The notes under the pieces are model-generated. The model did no database searches. It had not been told where the DNA came from and saw only the letters and a list, made by a program, of their open reading frames with translations. Source: a virus (lineage: Duplodnaviria; Caudoviricetes). From it: a DNA stretch of 25,192 nucleotides. Numbering within the stretch: the stretch's first letter is position 1; each line of letters starts with the position of its first letter. Below are positions 17,060-24,200 of the stretch, in pieces. A program made the position numbers and the translations under genes. The DNA is taken from IMG/VR virus record IMGVR_UViG_3300033232_000128, positions 1 through 25,192 of that record; one strand, given 5' to 3'.

Positions 17060-19278
17060 GCGGCGGTGGCAAAGGCAGCAAGAGTGTCACCGTCGGCTAC
17101 CGCTACTACGCGGGAATGCATCTGGCGCTGTGCCACGGCCCGGTCGATTCGCTCAACAAGATCGTGGTCGGCGAGCGCACGGCGTGGTCGGGGTCGCTGA
17201 CGTCCAGCGGCCAGATTGCCATCAACCAGCCCGACCTGTTCGGCGGCGATGACCGCGAGGGCGGTATCGTCGGCGCCGTGGATCTGGTGATGGGCAACGC
17301 GGCGGACGGTCAGAACGACTACCTCGTGGCCAAGCTGGGCGCCAATGTGCCGGCTTTCCGGGGCGTGGTGTCGCTGGTACTGCGTCAGCCGCAACTGTCG
17401 GCGATGAACCCCTATATCAAGCCCTGGAGCGCGGAAGTCACGCGGATCATCCGGCGGTCCGACGGTTCGCCGCAGTGGTACTCGGACAAGGCGGCCATCG
17501 CCGGCGACATGAACCCGGCGCACATCATCTACGAGTGCCTGACCGACCGCACCTGGGGCCGGGGCTACAGCTCGGCCGAGATCGACGATGCGTCGTTTCG
17601 CGCCGCCGCCGATACGCTCTACGCCGAGAGCTTCGGCTTGTCGATCCTGTGGAATCAGCAGCAGGACATCGAGGCCTTCCTCGAGCGCATCCTGCAGCAC
17701 ATCGACGGCTCGATTTATGTGAGCCCGCGCACTGGGCTGTTCACGCTCAAACTGACCCGCGATGACTACGACCCGGCAATGCTGGTGGAGTTGAACCAGA
17801 CCAGCGTGATCGGGCTGGAGTCATTCGAGCGTACCTTGCCCGAGGAACTGATCAATCAGGTCACGCTGTCCTACCACGACCGCACGACCGACAAGAGCGT
17901 GTCGATCTCGGTGCAGGACATCGCCGGCATCGAACGATCCTTGGGTGAAATCAAGGACGCCAAGGTCAGCTACGAGGGCGTGGCCAATGGTGCTCTGGCC
18001 GCGCGCCTGGCGATGCGGGATCTTCGGCAGCTGTCGTCCACTTTGGCGAAGATCACGGTGGTGGCCAACCGCACCGCCGCCAGCCTCAACATCGGCGACG
18101 TGTTCAGGTTCTCCTGGCCCGAGTTGCGGATCGAACAGTTGATCCTGCGGGTGGCGCAGATTGGCTACGGGACGCTGGCCGACGGCCGGGTGCGGATCAC
18201 CTGCGTCGAGGATGTGTTCGGCCTGCCCGATGCCGTTTATCTGGCGCCCGCCGAGAGCGGCTGGGTCGATCCCCGGCAAGCACCCATCGCCGCGAACTTC
18301 GTGTCGGTGAGCGAACTGTCGTACTGGACGATTGTTCATGAGATGACGGGCGAGTCGGCCGCCGCTCAGGCCGAGATTGATCCGAATGGCGGGTTCCTGT
18401 CCGTCTCATCCGTTCGGCCCTCGGATGCGGCGATCAACTACGCGGTGCTGACCCGGCAGGGCTCGGCGGCCTTCGAGAAGATCGGCGTCGGTGATTTCAT
18501 TCCCTCTTGCGTACTCGCCACTGACATCGGGCAAACCGAGACAGCGCTGAACGTGCTCTACGGGGTCGATCTGGATCTGGTCACGTTCAACACCTACGCG
18601 CAGGTCGGCAGCGAGTTGGTCGCCGTGAAAGCGGTCAATTTGGCCGCCGGCACGGTGACGGTGGACCGGGGCGTGCTGGACACGGTGCCAGCGAAGCATT
18701 TGGCCGGTGCCCGGCTGTACTTCGTCGAGGGCGGGCAGTTCTACAACACGAGCCAGTACCTGAGCGGTGAGACGGTGCAGACCAAGGTGCTGCCTGCCAC
18801 CGGGATGGGCGTTCTGGCAGAGGCGTCGGCGCCGACGATCAGCTACACGTTCGCCAAGCGGCAGATCCGGCCCTATGCGCCCGGCAAGTTCAGGGTCAAC
18901 AACCTCGACTACAGCGTGAGCTACATCACTGAGGAAGTGACGGTCAGCTGGGCGCACCGCAGCCGGGTGCTGCAGACCGCCTATCTGGTGACGCAAGGGG
19001 AATCGAATATCGGGCCGGAACCCGGCACGACGTACACCGTGCGGATCTATGGCGAGGCGGGGACGCTCAAGCATACCGAAACGGGACTGACCGGCACGAG
19101 CTGGACCTATCCGATGGCCGCCGAGATTTCCGAGAGCGGCCTGAATCGGCCGAACGAGAAATTGACCATCAAGGTTGAGGCAATGCGCGACGGCCACACC
19201 AGCTGGCAGACCCAACAAATCGACATCCCCGAGTGCCGGGGCTACGGGATGTTCTACGGGGCAAGTTATGGGCAATGA
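17056..19278 (+). CDS. Tail tip / host specificity protein (gpJ-like phage tail protein, 740 aa)
   Basis: 'VGYRYYAGMHLALCHGPVD', 'LFGGDDREGG', 'DMNPAHIIYECLTD..WGRG', 'VDRGVLDT', 'SWAHRSR'. Confidence 0.88.
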   Translation: MSGGGKGSKSVTVGYRYYAGMHLALCHGPVDSLNKIVVGERTAWSGSLTSSGQIAINQPDLFGGDDREGGIVGAVDLVMGNAADGQNDYLVAKLGANVPAFRGVVSLVLRQPQLSAMNPYIKPWSAEVTRIIRRSDGSPQWYSDKAAIAGDMNPAHIIYECLTDRTWGRGYSSAEIDDASFRAAADTLYAESFGLSILWNQQQDIEAFLERILQHIDGSIYVSPRTGLFTLKLTRDDYDPAMLVELNQTSVIGLESFERTLPEELINQVTLSYHDRTTDKSVSISVQDIAGIERSLGEIKDAKVSYEGVANGALAARLAMRDLRQLSSTLAKITVVANRTAASLNIGDVFRFSWPELRIEQLILRVAQIGYGTLADGRVRITCVEDVFGLPDAVYLAPAESGWVDPRQAPIAANFVSVSELSYWTIVHEMTGESAAAQAEIDPNGGFLSVSSVRPSDAAINYAVLTRQGSAAFEKIGVGDFIPSCVLATDIGQTETALNVLYGVDLDLVTFNTYAQVGSELVAVKAVNLAAGTVTVDRGVLDTVPAKHLAGARLYFVEGGQFYNTSQYLSGETVQTKVLPATGMGVLAEASAPTISYTFAKRQIRPYAPGKFRVNNLDYSVSYITEEVTVSWAHRSRVLQTAYLVTQGESNIGPEPGTTYTVRIYGEAGTLKHTETGLTGTSWTYPMAAEISESGLNRPNEKLTIKVEAMRDGHTSWQTQQIDIPECRGYGMFYGASYGQ

Positions 19279-19293
19279 CACAAGGAGAATGAC

Positions 19294-19647
19294 ATGGCAG
19301 CACTGCAAGGCCCGAACCTGGGCCTGAACTACGGCTGGACCGCCCGCGAGTCGGGGTGGAATGCCGGAATGGATGCCAACCTCAAGCTGCTGGACGCCGT
19401 ACTGCAGTTGTCGGTGAAGTCGCGCGCGCAAACCACGCCGCCGACCACGCCAACGAACGGAGACCGATACATCGTGGCGGCCAGTCCGACCGGTGCCTGG
19501 GTCGGAAAAGCCGGCCAGATCGCCGTGCGCATCGATGCGGGATGGTGGTTCTACGCCCCGAAGATCGGCTGGACCTGCTTCATCGAGGACGAGGGCGTGC
19601 TCTCAGCCTACAAGGCCACCGGCTGGAGCGCTGGCCTCGCCATCTGA
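19294..19647 (+). CDS. DUF2793-like protein (117 aa)
   Basis: 'LDAVLQLSVKS', 'TPP..P..GDRYIV...TGAW.G..GQIA', 'W.F..PK.GW'; AAGGAG RBS. Confidence 0.85.
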   Translation: MAALQGPNLGLNYGWTARESGWNAGMDANLKLLDAVLQLSVKSRAQTTPPTTPTNGDRYIVAASPTGAWVGKAGQIAVRIDAGWWFYAPKIGWTCFIEDEGVLSAYKATGWSAGLAI

Positions 19648-19666
19648 TCATTACTTTCGCCCACCT

Positions 19667-19700
19667 GAAACCCGCCCCTCGAGGCGGGTTTCGCATTTCT
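19667..19700 (+). terminator. Stem-loop between tail and lysis modules, probable intrinsic terminator
   Basis: GAAACCCGCC-CCTCGA-GGCGGGTTTC perfect 10-bp stem (19667-19692) followed by GCATTTCT. Confidence 0.65.
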
Positions 19701-19711
19701 GGAGACCACCC

Positions 19712-20014
19712 ATGAATGAACCTGACAGCAAACCAGCGCTCGTCGAGAACCTGCTCCTGCTGCGCAAGGAGGACTTCGACGAACTGCTTGTCCACGCCGC
19801 CGAGCGTGGCGCGGAACGCGTCCTGTCCCACCTCGGCCTGGAAAACGGCCACGCCGCCCGCGACATCCGGGAGTTGCGCGATCTTCTGCAAGCGTGGCGC
19901 GACGCGCGCCGCACTGCGTGGCAGACGGCAGTCAAGGTGGCCACCACCGGCATCCTGGCCGCGTTGCTGGTCGGTGCCGCCATCAAGCTCAAGCTGATGG
20001 GAGGCCCCCAATGA
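19712..20014 (+). CDS. DUF6127-like membrane protein, possible holin or antiholin (100 aa)
   Basis: GGAG RBS; 'AAERGAERVL..LGL', 'DIRELRDLL.AWR', one C-terminal hydrophobic helix. Confidence 0.8.
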   Translation: MNEPDSKPALVENLLLLRKEDFDELLVHAAERGAERVLSHLGLENGHAARDIRELRDLLQAWRDARRTAWQTAVKVATTGILAALLVGAAIKLKLMGGPQ

Positions 20015-20493
20015 TCGAGACCTTGCTCGGTGGCCTTTTGGGCGGAGCCTTCCGTCTCGCGCCTGAGATCCTCAAGTGGCTCGACCGCAAGGGCGAACGC
20101 GGCCACGAGCTTGCGATGCAGGACAAGGCGCTGGAGTTCGAGAAAATTCGTGGTGCCAGTCGAATGGGGGAGATCGGTGCAAGTGCCGACCTGGCCTGGA
20201 ATAACGGTGCGATGGAGGCTTTCAAGGAAGCGGTTGCTGGCCAGGGCAGGCCATCGGGTGTGAAGTGGGCTGATGCGCTGTCCACAACGGTTCGACCCGT
20301 GGTGACTTACCTGTTTGTTCTCATGTACACCGGGGTCAAACTGGCAACTTTTGTGGGATCTGTTCAAACAGGCGTTGGATTTGGATCTGCACTTCTTGCT
20401 GCATGGTCAGGTGCAGATCAAGCATTGCTGTCTGGCATTCTGAACTACTGGTTCTTGAATAGAACCCTGGAAAAAGCCCGGGGTGGCCTGTAA
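20011..20493 (+). CDS. Putative holin (160 aa, MIETLLGGLLGGAFRLAPE...)
   Basis: ATGA overlap, GGAGG RBS; 'VRPVVTY' and 'ILNYWFLNR' motifs with hydrophobic segments; upstream of the endolysin. Confidence 0.72.
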   Translation: MIETLLGGLLGGAFRLAPEILKWLDRKGERGHELAMQDKALEFEKIRGASRMGEIGASADLAWNNGAMEAFKEAVAGQGRPSGVKWADALSTTVRPVVTYLFVLMYTGVKLATFVGSVQTGVGFGSALLAAWSGADQALLSGILNYWFLNRTLEKARGGL

Positions 20494-20763
20494 TGGCTCG
20501 AACAGGCAGGCCAGAAACACCTATGCGCATTCGATTTCTGGCGAAAATTGCGATTAATGACGGACAACATGGACGATATGGTCGCTAAAGGTCGCGCTGC
20601 CCATAATCGTGGCGAGCGCAACGGAACAGCGAGATTGAATCGATTGCAAGTTGAGTTGATTCGCCTTAGCAACGACACCCATGAGCGACTCGCAGAGTGT
20701 TTTTCTGTTTCTGCGACGACGATTGAATTGATCAAGCGGAGGCAGCCATGGGCGCACTTGTAG
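20493..20763 (+). pseudogene. HNH homing-endonuclease remnant with internal deletion and frameshift
   Basis: N-terminal fragment MARTGRPETPMRIRFLAKIAIN (ATG 20493, stop 20586-20588) is joined out of frame to 'TDNMDDMVAKGR...RGERNGTARL...LAECFSVSATTI..IKRRQPWAHL', the typical post-HNH tail. No HNH core is present. Confidence 0.72.
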
Positions 20764-21224
20764 TCCCCCAAGCAGCCGTGGTACTGGCCAAGCGCTTTGA
20801 GGGGTTCCACCGCGTGCCGAAGGCCGATCCTGAACGCGCCCACCCGTACATCTGCCCGGCAGGGTTTTGGACGATTGGCTATGGCCATCTGTGCGAGTCG
20901 ACGCACCCGCCGATCACCGAGTTCGAAGCAGAAGTCTATTTGGCGCGTGACCTGCAGACGGCCTTCGCAGCAACGCTGCGTTACTGCCCGGTGCTGGCCA
21001 CCGAGCACGAAGCGCGGCTCGCGGCTATAGTGGATTTCACGTTCAACCTTGGGGCTGGGCGGCTGCAGTCGTCTACGCTGCGGCGACGGATCAATCAGCG
21101 GGATTGGCAGGGCTCGGCTCATGAGTTGCTGCGCTGGGTTTATGCGGGAGGCAGGATATTGAATGGCCTGGTTGTACGACGCGAGGTCGAAAGTGAGCTC
21201 GTAAACCAGCCCGGCTTACGCTAA
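20748..21224 (+). CDS. Endolysin, phage lysozyme (GH24, 158 aa)
   Basis: 'KRFEG', 'YICPAGFWTIGYGH', 'AIVDFTFNLGAG.L..STL', 'RWVYAGG..L.GLV.RR..E'; GGAGG upstream. Confidence 0.95.
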   Translation: MGALVVPQAAVVLAKRFEGFHRVPKADPERAHPYICPAGFWTIGYGHLCESTHPPITEFEAEVYLARDLQTAFAATLRYCPVLATEHEARLAAIVDFTFNLGAGRLQSSTLRRRINQRDWQGSAHELLRWVYAGGRILNGLVVRREVESELVNQPGLR

Positions 21225-21227
21225 AAT
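21199..21227 (+). promoter_or_regulatory. Possible sigma70 promoter for the methyltransferase gene
   Basis: -10 TAAAAT at 21222-21227 (5/6 match, overlapping the lysozyme stop); weak -35 TCGTAA at 21199-21204; 17-bp spacer. Confidence 0.35.
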
Positions 21228-21229
21228 GT

Positions 21230-21252
21230 GTGTTCACAAATGTAGTGAACAC
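21230..21252. promoter_or_regulatory. Inverted repeat GTGTTCAC-N7-GTGAACAC, candidate operator
   Basis: Perfect 8-bp arms in a 40-bp intergenic gap, 12 bp upstream of a gene starting with an XRE-type HTH. Confidence 0.7.
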
Positions 21253-21264
21253 GCCACATAAAGC

Positions 21265-24200
21265 ATGCCAAAATCGACCAAAGAACAAATTTCAAGCCAC
21301 GGCCAACCGGGATCTGACGACCAGGGGGCATTGGCCGTCGCTGCGGCACCTGGAAATGGCTGCGGCCGTCTTTTGCGGGACCGCCGCCAAGAGAAGGAGA
21401 TTTCCCTTACGTCTCTAGCTGAGACACTTGGCTACGCAAAATCTTATCTCAGCATGCTCGAAAGCGGGCAGAGGCATCCAACCGACGAACAGTTTGAGGC
21501 CCTTTCAATCGCGCTTGAAGTTCCAGCGGATTTGCTGCGTGTTGCCGCAGGTAGACTGCCGCCTGATGTAGCAAGTGCCGTCCCGGGAAGGGTTGACGCG
21601 ATCGTGTCTGCTATTCGACGTGACGATTCCGGCGCAAAAGTCACGTTCTCGCGAAATCTTTCAGACAGCTTTCAGCGGCATATTCAGGAGAAAATATGTG
21701 ATGCGCCATCCAGCGATATAGGTCCATTCCTGGATCACTTGCGAGCTGGTAAGAATACACAGGCATATCGCGCGCACAGCTATCACACGAAGGTTCCACC
21801 CGAGGCCATCGATAAGCTCGTCCGCCATCACACAAGTGAGGGGCAAATCGTTGCAGATCCATTCTGCGGCAGCGGGATGACAGGGGTGGCTTCTATTCTT
21901 GCTGGCCGACATGCGGTGCTAAGTGACCTTTCTCCAGCGGCGGTACACATTGCACGAAACTACGTGAGTCCGTGCCAACCGGACGCATTTGTAAAAGCCG
22001 CAGCCAGAGTCATGGAGCGTGTGCGCCCAACTCTGAGTTGGCTCTACGAGACAGGAACTCCAGCCTCACGCTCCCGCGTCGAGTACACAGTTTGGAGTGA
22101 TGTATTCCAGTGTGGTCACTGCGGTGGTGAGATCGTCTATTGGGTTGGCGCGCGAGACCCCGTTTCGGGTGCAGTAGTCGACTCCGTCACTTGCCCTGTA
22201 TGTCGTCGTACAAGCCAGAAACGAGAGCTTAGATGGGTTGGGGAGCGTCCAGTTGAGACTAATGCAAAAGGCCCAATTTCAAGAGATGCTCATCCTCCGA
22301 CCAATGCGGAGCTAGAACTCATTCAAAGGGCAAACAGCAGTGAGATATTGCATTGGATCCCACAAGTACCTTTTGGTTCCGCGCGCGAAATGTGGCGGGC
22401 AGGACACTCGGCACAGGGAGTTAACTCCGTTGCAGACTTTTATACCAAGCGTAATCTTCACGCACTTTCAGCAATTCGTCACACTATTCAGGAGGAGAGA
22501 GACGAACGGCTACGTTCGGCGCTTCTCTTTGCATTCACCGGAATGGTCAATCGTGCGTCAAAGAGATACCAGTGGAACGTAAAGCGGCCTACTAACGTGA
22601 TGACGGGAACGCTATACATCTCGTCGTTGCGGTATGAGTGGAATGTAGGCAGTCTTTTAGAGAGAAAGCTTCGTGATGTAGAGAGGTACTTCAAGCATTT
22701 AGGAGGACCGAATAGTCGAGCCGAGGTGGTGAAATCTTCTGCGACAGATCTGTCGCATCTTCCAGATGGGTCAATTGACTATGTGTTTATGGATCCACCA
22801 TTTGGGTCGAATATTTTCTATGCCGATAGCAGCCTACTTTGGGATGCGTGGCTCGGGGCGTTGACTGACGAGCGAGAAGAAATTGTCGTAAATAAGCATC
22901 GCACACCAAGAGAAGGCGGTAAAACTATATCGGACTACCAACGACTGATGACAGGTGCATTCAAAGAAGTCTCGCGAATTCTTAAACCCAGCTCTTACGC
23001 AACGTTACAGTTTAATAATTCAAACGATGAAGTGTGGTGTGCGATTCAAGATGCATTAAGCGATGCAGGTCTTGAAGTTCGTCATGCAATTGGGCTCGAT
23101 AAGATTCATCCATCCATAAAAGGTGTAAAAGGCCTTCAAGCCAAGGAAAATGTTACCTCCCTTGATGCACTTATTGAACTGCGTCGCCGCCCCTCAACGC
23201 GTGCAGCAGCTGAGCGAGAGTCATCATCTGCTGATCAGATCAGATCAGCACTCATTGACTTCTCAAAGAACCAAAAATCCCCCTTTACAACTGATGAGGC
23301 ATTCGCATCATTGATCCGGTCATCACTCAAACTAGGAAATTCATTGAACGGTATTTCGATTCAGGCGGTAAAGGAGCTCTGTAGTAAGCTGTTCATCGAG
23401 TCTGGAACGAAATGGGTCCCCTCGAAAGAATTTTTAGAATCAGAAAAGAAATATGATCACGTCGCATCTCCATTTGGCTGCGTGGCTGAGCGCTACTTAA
23501 CAACGGACGCCGACCTCAATGGCTTGTTAGACACCACGCGGCCTGCTCCAGACGTAGGTGGTGAACCGCCTCGAGTTGTTTCAGGACAGCGAAATACGGC
23601 TCTATACAACGCTCACAGTTATCACACCAAGGTGCCGCCAGAGGCTATTACTCCTTTCATTAAACACTTCAGCCGCCCTGGAGATGTTGTCCTTGATCCA
23701 TTTTGTGGGACAGGAATGACAGGGGTTGCTGCACAAATGTCAGGACGTCGTGCTGTGCTCAGTGATTTGTCTGTGGTCGCAACCCATCTTGCTTACAACC
23801 ACACTCGACCATGCAATACTAGAGATCTGCAAAAGGCATTCGATGAGATTTCAGCTGACCTCGGTGCTGAATTCAGAGAAATTTATGCCTGCGTAGATGG
23901 TGATGAGCGCGGATATATTCTTTATACGCTCTGGGGACGTGATGCAGCTTGCCCACACTGCAAGCAAAACTTTTCAATTTGGGATTCAATTGATCGCGAA
24001 ACTGGCCGTATGCCAGCTGCACTTATTTGCCCTAAATGCGGCAAGGAAAGCGCCAAACATGGCTTGAAATACACCATAAACAGGCCAGTCCTTCTAAGCT
24101 ACAAGCGCGCGAACGGAAAACGTGTCGAGCGCGCACCAACCGCAGAAGACATTGCAATTATCCAGGAGCAATCGTCGGTAGCACCAACGAATTGGTTTCC

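Larger units (their letters stand above)
1..21224 (+). mobile_element. Prophage late region (lambda-like head, siphovirus tail, lysis); extends left beyond the window, and the cargo at 21265+ may also be inside it
   Basis: Continuous co-oriented, often overlapping genes in canonical terminase-portal-protease-capsid-tail-lysis order. No integrase or att site is visible, so integration is inferred. Confidence 0.93.

Noticed and set aside
8150-19431. Long minus-strand and alternate-frame ORFs (e.g. 8150-9382, 11015-12001, 12183-13148, 16879-17700, 18406-19431)
   Set aside because: All overlap well-supported phage genes, lack motifs, and are expected from stop-codon scarcity in high-GC coding DNA.
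11977-19647. Diversity-generating retroelement or invertible tail-fibre cassette
   Set aside because: No reverse transcriptase, invertase, or template/variable repeat pair was seen.
21226-21252. Palindrome as a CRP site, LexA box or terminator
   Set aside because: TGTG..TCACA spacing does not fit CRP, it matches neither CTGT-N8-ACAG nor GTTC-N7-GTTC, and no U-tract follows the stem.
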